DNA from: a candidate division WOR-3 bacterium
GTDB taxonomy: Bacteria > Hydrothermota > Tepidihabitantia > Tepidihabitantales > Tepidihabitantaceae
Direction: 5' to 3'
DNA length: 60,112 nt
Assembly (NCBI GenBank): GCA_965649205.1
Contig: CBFGJV010000016.1
Coordinates: 1-60,112, forward strand
Part shown: one piece after another, positions 28,628 through 40,466 of the stretch
Layout: every line of letters begins with the position of its first letter
Numbering within the stretch: the first letter of the stretch is position 1
Made by a program: the position numbers and the translations under genes
Notes under the pieces: model-generated
Seen by the model: only the letters and a program-made list of their open reading frames with translations
What the model was told of the DNA's origin: nothing
Database searches by the model: none

Positions 28628-29863
28628 ATGGCTGAGAAAGCTGCCCGCGTCAACACGCTGGCCTATCTGCTGGAGCAGCATGGCTACATCCCTGAACCGC
28701 AGGTTCTGCACATATTTGTGCAGATTCTGCGCGACTTGGAACAGCACCACAGTCAGGCAGAGCTGCATCTGGACATAAAACCACAGAATATCGTGCGCGG
28801 AGCCGGCGGGGTGTTTCGTCTGACCGGTTACGGCGAGTCTCGTCTGGGCACTCCCAGGTATATGGCCCCTGAGAGATGCCGGCGCGGCAAGCCGGATGCG
28901 CGGTCTGACCTCTACTCGCTTGGCGTGGTTTTGTTTGAGGCGGCTACGGGAAGGCCGCTGTTCGATACCAATCTGAATTACGAGTTGCTGCAGGCACATC
29001 TGACCAAGAGACAGCCTGCTCCTCAGTCGATACGGCCTGAGATATCGGCAGAACTGCAGCGGATAATTCTGACGGCTCTGGCGAAGGATCCCTCCGACCG
29101 ATTTCAGTCTGCCAGAGAGTTTCGTGAGGCGCTGGAGCAGCTGGCGAGGGTGCAAAGTGCAGAGCGAACCCCGGCTTCGGCACGGACAACGACGCAGGTT
29201 TCGGTTGAAAAAGAGAAAGTTCTAACTGAGAGCAGAACCGGTGGGGTTGCCCCTGCCAAGACGGTCGGGGAAGCAAAAATGCCCGACAGTCGTGGCCGCC
29301 GCGCGGCGGTTGTGGTCTGGTTGCTGTCGGCAGTTGTGGTCGTAGTGCTGGGGGGACTGAGTTTTCTCCTGTTCGGAATGGGTACGAAACGACAAGTTCC
29401 TCGTCTGGTCGGTCTGTCTCTCACGGCCGCGGAGAGTCTCGCCCAGAGGCGGAATCTGGTGGTGGCAGTAGCTGGCGAGGAGGACGGGAGTATGGCCGCT
29501 GGCCTTGTGGCCGGGCAAAGTCCCCGGGCCGGAACCAAACTGCGACTCAGAGACACGGTGAAAGTTTGGATAAGTTCGGGCATGGCGAAGATTCCCGCTT
29601 TTGCCAACCGTTCTCTGGAGGAGGCGAGTAAGGAGCTGATGCGTTTGGGTATCGTGGTGAGCAGGGTAGATTCGGTGTATAGTGATGCTGTGCAGCCGGG
29701 TTTTGTGGTGAATACCATTCCACCTACACCGGCGCGGCTGAAGGCAGGTTCTAGTCTGGTAATTGCGGTTGCAGCAGGAAAGGCGACATGTCCCAGTTGC
29801 GGCCTGCGTCGGGAGAAGGGAGCAAAGTTCTGCATTCGCTGCGGATATAAGTACGAACCATGA
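28628..29863 (+). CDS. Ser/Thr kinase-like (C-lobe only) - TM - 2 PASTA - zinc ribbon protein
   Basis: [25 protein letters not shown], KDPxxR; TM; VPRLVG and IPAFAN PASTA starts; CPSC...CIRC. Confidence 0.8.
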   Translation: MAEKAARVNTLAYLLEQHGYIPEPQVLHIFVQILRDLEQHHSQAELHLDIKPQNIVRGAGGVFRLTGYGESRLGTPRYMAPERCRRGKPDARSDLYSLGVVLFEAATGRPLFDTNLNYELLQAHLTKRQPAPQSIRPEISAELQRIILTALAKDPSDRFQSAREFREALEQLARVQSAERTPASARTTTQVSVEKEKVLTESRTGGVAPAKTVGEAKMPDSRGRRAAVVVWLLSAVVVVVLGGLSFLLFGMGTKRQVPRLVGLSLTAAESLAQRRNLVVAVAGEEDGSMAAGLVAGQSPRAGTKLRLRDTVKVWISSGMAKIPAFANRSLEEASKELMRLGIVVSRVDSVYSDAVQPGFVVNTIPPTPARLKAGSSLVIAVAAGKATCPSCGLRREKGAKFCIRCGYKYEP

Positions 29864-30930
29864 GACGAGAATCATTACATTCTCCCTTTTCTTTCCTAGG
29901 CAGGCGTGGGAGCGGTCAGAAGCACGCCGTCACGGCGGCGCTGGTCATGCTGACGGTAATCTTCGCCGTCGCCTTGGCGGCCAAGAACTGCCCACGCTGT
30001 GGCACGCAGAATCTGGACAACGCCCGTTTCTGCAAGAACTGTGGCTATGAGTTTCCCCGTCAGGTTATTCCGGTTTTGCCTGCACTTGCGGTTGAAGTTA
30101 GCACGGCGCCGGGACAGGTAAAGATAGTATCAGAGCCCGCAGGTGCCAGTGTTTTTATTGACGGAAAAGCAGTGGGGGTTACGCCCTTTGTCACCGGCGA
30201 GCTGACGCCGGGAAAACATGAGCTGGTGGTCAAGCTCGGTGGTTACCGGGATTATCGCAGTAGTTTCGTCGTGCCGGCGGCGACAGGAGCAATCCGGGTA
30301 CGGACCGTGCCATCCGGGGTGGAGGTGTTGCTGGACGGTGTGTTCCGCGCTACTTCTACGGATACAGGAGTGGTTATTTCTTCTGTGGCTTCCGGCAGTC
30401 ATCAGTTGCTCTTCCGGCGTCGGGGTTACAGAGAGGAAATAAAAACAGTGGAGTTGCGGGCAGGGGAGCTATTGGTGCTGGAGCCGATTACCTTGTTGCC
30501 CCTGCCGGGGTTTCTGGCCGTTACTTCTGAACCGGAGCGGGCCAGAGTCTATGTTGATGGCCGCCTTTTGGGAGAGACCAGATATCTCGGTCAAATGGCG
30601 CCGGCGCGTTACGAGCTGAGGTTGAGCAAACGGGGATTTCAGGACTGGCTTGGTTCTGTGCAGGTGCACGGCGGGGAGACGACTACGGTTGTTGTTACTC
30701 TGGAGCAATTGCGTACTCGCAGGCCGGTTTTTCTGATTGCGGGCCTTACCGGTCTGACGGTAGGCGGGACGGCTGCCGTTCTGGGCGAATTGAGTTATGC
30801 GCGTTATCGTGGGGCAGGGACCGGAGAGGAGGCCAGAAGATACAGGCTAGCTACGCAACGCTGGGATCTGGTTAGAAACATTTTCGCCAGCATCGGTGCA
30901 CTAGGGTTCGGGGCGTATATCATGTTTTGA
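29860..30930 (+). CDS. Zinc ribbon + three PEGA domain protein
   Basis: CPRCGTQN...[42 protein letters not shown]; hydrophobic C-terminus. Confidence 0.8.
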   Translation: MRRESLHSPFSFLGRRGSGQKHAVTAALVMLTVIFAVALAAKNCPRCGTQNLDNARFCKNCGYEFPRQVIPVLPALAVEVSTAPGQVKIVSEPAGASVFIDGKAVGVTPFVTGELTPGKHELVVKLGGYRDYRSSFVVPAATGAIRVRTVPSGVEVLLDGVFRATSTDTGVVISSVASGSHQLLFRRRGYREEIKTVELRAGELLVLEPITLLPLPGFLAVTSEPERARVYVDGRLLGETRYLGQMAPARYELRLSKRGFQDWLGSVQVHGGETTTVVVTLEQLRTRRPVFLIAGLTGLTVGGTAAVLGELSYARYRGAGTGEEARRYRLATQRWDLVRNIFASIGALGFGAYIMF

Positions 30931-30938
30931 GGACATAT

Positions 30939-33900
30939 ATGCGCGTCCACGATTTGCTACGGGGATTTGCTCTGCTGGCTGTGTGTTCTGTTCTTGTGAC
31001 CGGCTGCCGGCAATGGAACAACCCTTTTGACCCGTTGAACCGACCCAAGAACCGGCCGCCGCACCTGCCCACGCGGCCCACACCGGACAGCGGAGCAATG
31101 CAACAGGATACGGGCGTCACTCTGACCTGGAGCGGCGGAGACCCGGATAGTGCTGACAGGGTCACCTACGATGTATTCTTTGGTCCGACTGCTCCACCTC
31201 CTCTGGTCTATTCGCGTCTGGATACTAATCTCTACCGTCCGGGAAGACTGAATTTCCTGGTAACTTACTACTGGAGAGTTATCAGTCGAGACATCGCCGG
31301 CGAGAGTGCGGTGGGACCTGTATGGTGTTTTACCACTCGGGCAGAAAGTCAGGGAAATCGTCCTCCTTATGTGCCTTTTAGTCCGACTCCGGCCAGCGGC
31401 GCGACGGGAGTGGATACTGGTGTGGTGCTTTCCTGGGCCGGCGGAGACCCGGACTCTGGCGACGCGGTGAAGTACGACGTGTATCTGGGTACGGTTTCCT
31501 CACCTCCTCTGGTCCGTAGCGGAAATAGTACCACCAGCTATCGACCGGCTGGCCTTAAGTTTCTTACTAGGTACTACTGGCGCATTGTGGCCAGAGATCA
31601 AGCAAACGATAGTGCAGTAGGACCGGTATGGAGTTTTACCACCCGAGCGCAGAGCGACACGAATCGGCCACCGTACCGGCCTTCCAATCCGGTTCCTGAC
31701 AGCGCAGCAACAGGTCGTTCGGTGAAGACCGTTCTTTCCTGGAGCGGGGGCGATCCGGACCCGGGTGATACTGTGCGCTACGATGTGTATTTTGGCACGA
31801 GTTCTACTCCTCCCAGAATCAGTTACAACCAGTCCGGCCGCACTTATGCGCCGGGCACGCTTGGTTATGGCCTGGTTTATTACTGGCGAATAGTGGCTCG
31901 AGACAGGCGGGGAGCCGAAACGAGCGGGCCTTTGTGGTGGTTTCGGACAGTGAGCGAGGTAAACATAACCGCGCCGGCAGCGGGCGAGAAGTGGCTGGTA
32001 GGAACGAAGCAGGCGATAGAGTGGACCGGCGGCACCATACAAGTGCGGTCCGGACCTGCAATAAGGGCACAGAAGGTAACAGAGGAGGATGGAGAAGGCC
32101 GGGAGTTCCGAGAAGTGCAGACGCAGGCAGTGGACTCCACAGTGGTGTTGTATTCTACCACCGATGGAATAAACTGGACTCGGCTGGGAAGGACAACGCA
32201 ATCGGGAAGATACGAGTGGGCTGTGACCGCCCCGGTCTCTGAGAGCTGCCGGGTACTGGTACGGGTACACACAGGCAAAGATACGGTGCAGGGTCGCAGT
32301 GGCAGGTTCAGAATCTGGAGCGTGCCGTCCAGCATCACCATAACTTCGCCCACGTCTTCTACGCGTTGGAGAGAGGGGTCGTCGCAGACAATCAAATGGA
32401 CGGGCGGAGTGCAGGCCGGAGAGAATGACGGGAAAGTGAATAGACAAGCAATAGCTACCGTCGGCAGCCATGGATTGTATAGTGTTGATTCCACCGTGGT
32501 GTTCTATTCTACGGACGACGGGGCCACGTGGAAAAGGCATGGCCGGGCGCAGACACCTGGGGAGTATGCCTGGGTTGTTCCGGGGCCGGCCTCGGAGCGG
32601 GCTCGGGTGCGGGTGCGAGCATACGCGGTGGACTCGGTGCGTACCGGCACAAGCGAAGCCTATGTGGTCTACGACTCACTTCCGCCATCTCCCATTACGG
32701 TAACTTCGCCGACGACCGGAGCCCGCTGGAGTACAGGGACTGTGCAACTTGTGACCTGGAACGGCGGAACAGATGGCGTAGATTCCTCTGTCATATACTT
32801 CTCTCGCGACGGAGGGAGGTCCTGGGCCAGACAGGACCGGGCGACTATTCCCGGCCAGTTCTCCTGGCTGGTACCCGGGCCGGCTACTGATTCCGCTCGC
32901 ATACAGGTGCGCGCCTACTGTGGTGGGCATACCGTGAGCGGAACAAGCGGACTTTTCCAGATAGTTCTCCGTTATCCCGATTCGGTCATCGCCACCATTG
33001 CGGTGGGCCGCAAGCCGCGAACTCTGTGCTGGAATCCTAATTACAACAAGGTGTACGTGCTGAATCAGGATACGGACACGGTGACTGTCATAGATGGGGC
33101 TGGAGACACAGTAGTGGCTAACATCGCGGTGGGCGATCAGCCGGTGGCAGCTGTGTACAACGCGACGGCAAACAAACTATATGTGGCAAACGCCGGCAGT
33201 GGTAATGTAACAGTGATTGATGGCGTCACCAACAGAGTGCGGAAGACTATCTCGACCGGTTCTTCCCCTACAGCGCTGGCCTGGAATCCGGTGAATAACC
33301 GAGTTTACTGTGCTAATTGGACCGCCAATACTCTTTCGGTAATAGACGGAGAACGGGACTCGGTGCTGAAGAATTTGGCCACAGGGCTGCGACCGGCAGC
33401 GGTCTGTTGGAACAGAGCCGCTAACAAGGTATATGTTCCTTGCACTGGTTCTAATCAGGTGGTTGTGATTGCGGGCAGTGGTGACAGCATTATTACCACC
33501 TTGCCGATTTCCACCGGCCCCTGCTGTGCGGTTGCGGACACTGTGGCCAATCAGGTGTATGTTGCCAGCCAGAGTGCGCACCGGGTAACTGTGATTGACG
33601 GCGTCACCAATATAATGCAGGCAGTAATACCGGTAGGCAGAGGGCCGGGCAGTCTGGCCTGGAATCCACTCAGCCGCAAAGTCTATTCTGCAGGCCGGGA
33701 GGCAGACAGCGTGACCATAATCAATACCCAGAACTACGCGGTGATAGGCATGGCCAAAACAGGGACGCAACCTTGGGAGTTGCTCTGGTTGCCGACTTTC
33801 AACATGCTGTACGTGAGCTGTGCCGTTGGTAACAGCGTTACGGTAATCGGCGGCGATTCCAACCGGCCGGAAAAGACCATACCGGTCGGAAACACGCCTC

Positions 33901-33989
33901 TGGCACTGTGCTGGAACCCGGTCAACAATAAGGTGTACGTGGCCAACCATGCATCTGGAACAGTTACAGTCATAGGTTTGCGGCGATAG
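30939..33989 (+). CDS. Large lipoprotein: 3 FN3-like repeats + 3 Ig-like repeats + YVTN/YncE beta-propeller
   Basis: Lipobox LVTG-C; 3x NRPP...GGDPD...YDVY/F...YYWR...GPxWxF; 3x ITxxxP...WxGG...YST/FSR; repeated WNPxxNKVYV..VTVIDG. Confidence 0.8.
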   Translation: MRVHDLLRGFALLAVCSVLVTGCRQWNNPFDPLNRPKNRPPHLPTRPTPDSGAMQQDTGVTLTWSGGDPDSADRVTYDVFFGPTAPPPLVYSRLDTNLYRPGRLNFLVTYYWRVISRDIAGESAVGPVWCFTTRAESQGNRPPYVPFSPTPASGATGVDTGVVLSWAGGDPDSGDAVKYDVYLGTVSSPPLVRSGNSTTSYRPAGLKFLTRYYWRIVARDQANDSAVGPVWSFTTRAQSDTNRPPYRPSNPVPDSAATGRSVKTVLSWSGGDPDPGDTVRYDVYFGTSSTPPRISYNQSGRTYAPGTLGYGLVYYWRIVARDRRGAETSGPLWWFRTVSEVNITAPAAGEKWLVGTKQAIEWTGGTIQVRSGPAIRAQKVTEEDGEGREFREVQTQAVDSTVVLYSTTDGINWTRLGRTTQSGRYEWAVTAPVSESCRVLVRVHTGKDTVQGRSGRFRIWSVPSSITITSPTSSTRWREGSSQTIKWTGGVQAGENDGKVNRQAIATVGSHGLYSVDSTVVFYSTDDGATWKRHGRAQTPGEYAWVVPGPASERARVRVRAYAVDSVRTGTSEAYVVYDSLPPSPITVTSPTTGARWSTGTVQLVTWNGGTDGVDSSVIYFSRDGGRSWARQDRATIPGQFSWLVPGPATDSARIQVRAYCGGHTVSGTSGLFQIVLRYPDSVIATIAVGRKPRTLCWNPNYNKVYVLNQDTDTVTVIDGAGDTVVANIAVGDQPVAAVYNATANKLYVANAGSGNVTVIDGVTNRVRKTISTGSSPTALAWNPVNNRVYCANWTANTLSVIDGERDSVLKNLATGLRPAAVCWNRAANKVYVPCTGSNQVVVIAGSGDSIITTLPISTGPCCAVADTVANQVYVASQSAHRVTVIDGVTNIMQAVIPVGRGPGSLAWNPLSRKVYSAGREADSVTIINTQNYAVIGMAKTGTQPWELLWLPTFNMLYVSCAVGNSVTVIGGDSNRPEKTIPVGNTPLALCWNPVNNKVYVANHASGTVTVIGLRR
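31050..31950 (+). repeat. Three diverged ~300-bp intragenic repeats (FN3-like)
   Basis: Repeated GGCGGAGACCCGGA / TACTACTGG blocks; boundaries approximate. Confidence 0.75.
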
Positions 33990-33998
33990 GGCTGTCTG

Positions 33999-36650
33999 AT
34001 GCGGTGGTTGCTCTTATGCGGCTTTTTCTGCGGCGTTGCTCTGGCCGGTGAAACCGGAAAACTGGCGGGCCGGGTTTTCGACAGAGCAACCGGCCAGCCG
34101 CTGGCAGGCGCAAACGTGGTGCTTGCTGCCGTGGGGCTTGGGACGGCTACCGACGAACGGGGGAGCTATTTTCTGCTTAATGTTCCTGCCGGCGTTTATA
34201 CAGTGGAAGTTTCGATGATAGGGTATCGGTCATTGACGCTGCAACAGGTGGTGGTGCAGGTCGATAGAACCACCAGGCAGGACTTCGGTCTGGTGCTTGC
34301 CGCAATAGAGATGCCCGGGGTGGTGGTGCAGGCCGAAAGACCTTTTGTCGCAAGGGATATGTTGGCTTCCCGCTACACGGTGAGGGCCGAGCAGATGTTA
34401 TCTTTGCCGGCTGACCGCCTAACGGATGTGCTTTTCTTCTCGGCAGGAGTGGTGAAGACCGAAAGCACTCTGCATGTGCGGGGCGGTCGAGCTGGTGAGG
34501 TTGACTATTTGCTAGACGGAGTGAGCGTCGTCGATCCCCTTTTCGGGAATTTGGGGATTGAGCTTTCCCGCGGCGTGGCAGACGAGGTGGTATTCCTGCC
34601 AGGTGGCTTTTCGGCTGAGTACGGCCGGGCAATGTCCGGTGTCATCAACCTCATAACTTTGAATCCCGCACCGGCATATTCCGGCGCATACCGGGTGAAG
34701 TCAGAAGCGCTCATGCCTGCGTACTACAGTTTTGGGTACACAGGTCAGGGAGTACAGTTGCATCTGCCTGTGTATTCTCGTCTGCGGACGGTGCTCAATC
34801 TGGGGCTCACGGGCACAGACGACTGGGACCCCAGACTGTTCCGTCTGCCGCACAAGTCCAGACAAGACTACTCGCTCTATGGCAAGGGCACATGGGACCT
34901 GGGTGGTAGAACGAAGCTGGTTGTTTCCCTTGCTGGCTCCCGCACCCAGTTTGACCGTTACCAGTCCGAATGGAAGTTAAGGTTGAATGACTATCGCTCT
35001 GATTGGGGCAGAGGCAGGCTGGCGATAGCCAGACTCACCTATATGCCCAGTGGGCGTGCCTACTACCTGCTGGCTGTTTCCCGGTTTGAAAGCAGGCGCG
35101 AGTATGGAGTGAGAAAGTCCGGTCGGGTGGAGTTCTGGCAGGATTTTGTGTTCCGCGACGAAGCTGAATATGCCATACCGGCGATGGATATGGACAATCC
35201 TTGGGGCTGTCCTTACGAACGTTACTGGTTCTTCTACACCCGAGGTACATATGAGGACCTGCGACGGTCCCGTTCTGCAGTACTGGGCTGCAAGCTGACA
35301 GGAAACAGTCAAATTACCGACCACCACCAGCTGGGTTTCGGTGTGACATGGGACAGCTACGATGTGTCCAGTGAGCGGGTGCGTTGGCCCGCTTTTCATC
35401 CTGTCCGGGACAGCTATCGTTTTTTCCCTCTGGCGCTGGGGGTCTACATACAGGATAAAATTGAATACGAGGGATTGTTTGCAGACGTGGGGCTGAGATA
35501 TGACCGGTTCGACCCGGCGGATTCAGTACGCGAGCAGAGCGGGAAATGGAGGAGAGTAAAGCCAGGCCAGCAGCTGTCCCCTCGCCTGGGTATGTCGTTT
35601 CGGATAACAGACTGGCTTTTTTGCCGGGCAAATATAGGTTCCTATTTCCAGATGCCCTGGCTATCAATGTTGTATGATAACACGGTCAAGCCTGTGCGTT
35701 ACCGTACCGTGTATGGCGACTCGGCGAAACTGGTTGTGGGCAATCCAGAACTGAACGCCGAGCGAACTGTCGCCTATGAACTGGGTATGCAGGGCAAACT
35801 TACCAAGTGGCTGGTCCTGACAGTGAATCTGTGGCGCAAGGACGTGCGTGATCTGGTCGGCACACGGGAATTCCCCGTACTTCCTCAGAGCTATGTCACC
35901 TACGTCAATGTGGACTTTGCTCAGTTAACGGGCGTAGAGTTCATCTGGCAGTTGAAAGTAAACTGGTTGGACACCAAGTTTTCCTATACTTTTTCCAGGT
36001 CAGTCGGGTCAAGTTCCTATGCTAACGAGGGTTATGACCGCTATCTGTCCGCAGGTGATTCAAGTGTTCCGGCCAGGGAGTATGTCCTGGATTTTGACCA
36101 GCCGCACCGGGCATTTCTGCAGGTAGGGGCTAATGTACCCGAGAGGGGTACGAGTACGGTGTGGCTGGGACGGACTCTGCAGGGAACTGGCTTTTATCTT
36201 CTGGGATATGTGGGTAACGGATTGCCCTATACGCCGCCCGATTCCAGAGGTGCACCAGTGGTCAGGAACAGTCGCAGAGGGCCGACTCGCTTCAGTCTGG
36301 ATGCACTGATTACCAGAGAACTGAAGCTGGGGCGTTGCCGGTTTTCTCTGGTTGCTGAGGTGTTGAATGTTCTGGACATAAAAGACGTGCTGTTTGTGTA
36401 TCCGGCTACGGGTCTTCCCAACTATGACGGTGTGCACATTGATTACGATGATTTTCAGCGCACCGGAGCCCTGGCCATAAGGTTTGGCGACAGGGACTAT
36501 GACCCCCGTCGAGACTTCAACCAGGACGGATTCCTGACTCAGTACGAGGAGTACAGAAGCACAGCTATGTATCATGCCGCCACGATAGACTGGCCCAACC
36601 ATTATGGACCGCCTCGTCGTGTGCGTCTGGGGGTAGAACTGAAATTCTAG
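33999..36650 (+). CDS. TonB-dependent receptor with N-terminal CarboxypepD-like domain
   Basis: GKLAGRVFD..TGQPL, HVRGGR plug, GGFSAEYGRAMSGVIN, YIQDKIE, GLRYD, SPRLG, GNPELxAE, terminal Phe. Confidence 0.9.
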   Translation: MRWLLLCGFFCGVALAGETGKLAGRVFDRATGQPLAGANVVLAAVGLGTATDERGSYFLLNVPAGVYTVEVSMIGYRSLTLQQVVVQVDRTTRQDFGLVLAAIEMPGVVVQAERPFVARDMLASRYTVRAEQMLSLPADRLTDVLFFSAGVVKTESTLHVRGGRAGEVDYLLDGVSVVDPLFGNLGIELSRGVADEVVFLPGGFSAEYGRAMSGVINLITLNPAPAYSGAYRVKSEALMPAYYSFGYTGQGVQLHLPVYSRLRTVLNLGLTGTDDWDPRLFRLPHKSRQDYSLYGKGTWDLGGRTKLVVSLAGSRTQFDRYQSEWKLRLNDYRSDWGRGRLAIARLTYMPSGRAYYLLAVSRFESRREYGVRKSGRVEFWQDFVFRDEAEYAIPAMDMDNPWGCPYERYWFFYTRGTYEDLRRSRSAVLGCKLTGNSQITDHHQLGFGVTWDSYDVSSERVRWPAFHPVRDSYRFFPLALGVYIQDKIEYEGLFADVGLRYDRFDPADSVREQSGKWRRVKPGQQLSPRLGMSFRITDWLFCRANIGSYFQMPWLSMLYDNTVKPVRYRTVYGDSAKLVVGNPELNAERTVAYELGMQGKLTKWLVLTVNLWRKDVRDLVGTREFPVLPQSYVTYVNVDFAQLTGVEFIWQLKVNWLDTKFSYTFSRSVGSSSYANEGYDRYLSAGDSSVPAREYVLDFDQPHRAFLQVGANVPERGTSTVWLGRTLQGTGFYLLGYVGNGLPYTPPDSRGAPVVRNSRRGPTRFSLDALITRELKLGRCRFSLVAEVLNVLDIKDVLFVYPATGLPNYDGVHIDYDDFQRTGALAIRFGDRDYDPRRDFNQDGFLTQYEEYRSTAMYHAATIDWPNHYGPPRRVRLGVELKF

Positions 36651-37187
36651 TCCGGCTTCGTGAAAGGGGCTGCCAACATCTGGGCGGACAACTGGTTCTG
36701 CAAATCAGGCCCGGACCTGAAGAGTTGGCACGGAAATTGATGGGAGAGTGACTCCCCCATTCGTCCAGGGTGTGAAGACCGGCTCAGTATCTGTGATTAC
36801 CAGCAGTGTAACCTGCTGACGTGACAGGTAGTTTACTCTGTTTGTTACGAACAGAATAGGTTTAGGTGCCAGTATGTGATTTGCCGGCAGGTTGTGCGGG
36901 AGACTGGATGGCAGAGAAATATCTGCGTGAAACTGGGAGTAGATCTGTCGTTTCGGTTGTAGAACAACAGGGCCAGAAGGGAACGTGCAGGCTCTAGGTT
37001 TAAAATCGAATACAGTTCTCTTCGCCCCGGCCGGGATTGCGTCTGACGGAGGATTTTTCTACTTGTATCCCTGGTTATAACCGCCCGTGTAGCAATTTGA
37101 TAACCTGACTGGCCAACGGAAGTCGTATTTGTGTGCCTGGGTTTCAGTGATCGCGATTGCTACTCTGTGCTATGGAGGATTGCATAG

Positions 37188-39137
<1,950 letters not shown>

Positions 39138-39192
39138 TCTTCCGCAACCCCAGTTTTTTCTCAAAACTTAGTGAGATCGGTTCCGCTTGCTT

Positions 39193-40437
39193 TTAACGCG
39201 TGCCGTATCCGCCGCCAGAACCGAAACTGGAAAGAATCGACATATACGGCATCAACACCGCCACAATGAGGAAAATAGCACCCACACCCATGAAAAGTAT
39301 CATGATAGGTTCTATCATGGCTGTAAGGTTCTTAACTGCGTATTCGACTTCGCTGTCGTAGTAGTCTGACACTTGTCTTAACATATCGTCGAGGGCGCCA
39401 GATTCCTCGCCAGTAGCGACCATCTGTACAACCATGGGAGGGAATACCCCGACTTCGCGCATGGGAACCGCAAGCCCACGACCGCGTCTTACACTCTCGG
39501 CAATTTTGTCTATGGCACCGGCAATGTAAACATTGCCTACTGTTTTGGAAACGAGGTTTAAACTCCGCAAAATAGGCAGGCCGGTGCGGTCGAGTGTTTC
39601 GAACATGCGAGCAAAACGGGAAAGAGCTAACTTGTAGGCAATTGGGCCAAATACAGGCAGACGAAGCTTGAGGCGGTCCCACCACAACCTTCCCGCACTG
39701 GTACGAATGAACAGGTAGAAAAGGACGAAAGCACCAGCGACAAGAAGGAACACAATATACCAATATTTGCTCATAAAATTAGTTACCGCGATCAATATTT
39801 GTGTGGGGAGAGGCATTTTGCCACCCACCGTAGTAAGGAGCTGGGTAAATTTGGGTAGAACGAAGGTGGCGAGTACGATAACGGCGATAACGAAGCCTAC
39901 CATCAGAATAATAGGATAACGCATGGCTGAACCGACGTCGCTCCGCAGTTTGCGTTCGTGTTCCAAGAGCTGTGTGAGGCGATCGAGAATTTCATCTAGA
40001 ACTCCACCTGTTTCACCTGCCCAGATGGAGTTTACATACAATTCTGAAAAAATGCGGGGAAACTTGGCCAATGCCGCAGACAGAGACGCACCGCCCATCA
40101 GGTCTTTACGAATGGCGTCCAGCGCTCGCGCTAAGGGTTTAGACTTGGTTTGAGCTTGCAGTGCTCCAATGGCAGATAGCATTGGTAACCCAGCTCTGTG
40201 CAGAGTCACGAATTGACGAGTGAAGTTTATTAGGTCTACCGGTTTAACACGCTCGAAGTAGCCAGCAAGGTTGAAGGAACTGCCTGAAGATACGCCGCCT
40301 TTCTGTTCTTTGATACTTATGGGTACATAGCCATGAACCGTCAGTTTGTCTGCAACTGTGGCTACGTCCGTTCCTTCCAAGGTACCTGATATGACGTTAC
40401 CGTCCTTATCTCTAACTCGGTAGCGAAAAAGCGGCAT
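39193..40437 (-). CDS. pilC: Type IV pilus/T2SS platform protein (PilC/GspF)
   Basis: FTRQ, AGETGG, AMRYP, LPTQ, GEESGALD, IEP motifs. Confidence 0.88.
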   Translation of the reverse strand: MPLFRYRVRDKDGNVISGTLEGTDVATVADKLTVHGYVPISIKEQKGGVSSGSSFNLAGYFERVKPVDLINFTRQFVTLHRAGLPMLSAIGALQAQTKSKPLARALDAIRKDLMGGASLSAALAKFPRIFSELYVNSIWAGETGGVLDEILDRLTQLLEHERKLRSDVGSAMRYPIILMVGFVIAVIVLATFVLPKFTQLLTTVGGKMPLPTQILIAVTNFMSKYWYIVFLLVAGAFVLFYLFIRTSAGRLWWDRLKLRLPVFGPIAYKLALSRFARMFETLDRTGLPILRSLNLVSKTVGNVYIAGAIDKIAESVRRGRGLAVPMREVGVFPPMVVQMVATGEESGALDDMLRQVSDYYDSEVEYAVKNLTAMIEPIMILFMGVGAIFLIVAVLMPYMSILSSFGSGGGYGTR

Positions 40438-40466
40438 CAGTCACCTCCATCTCAAATTGCGCGGAT

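Noticed and set aside
27548..29155. 535-aa antisense ORF (also 12804-13712, 17107-18051, 31500-32540, 33177-33950)
   Set aside because: Shadow ORFs opposite well-supported genes; no recognisable motifs.
31050..33950. Repeats as CRISPR or DGR
   Set aside because: They are diverged in-frame protein-domain repeats; no cas or reverse transcriptase genes.
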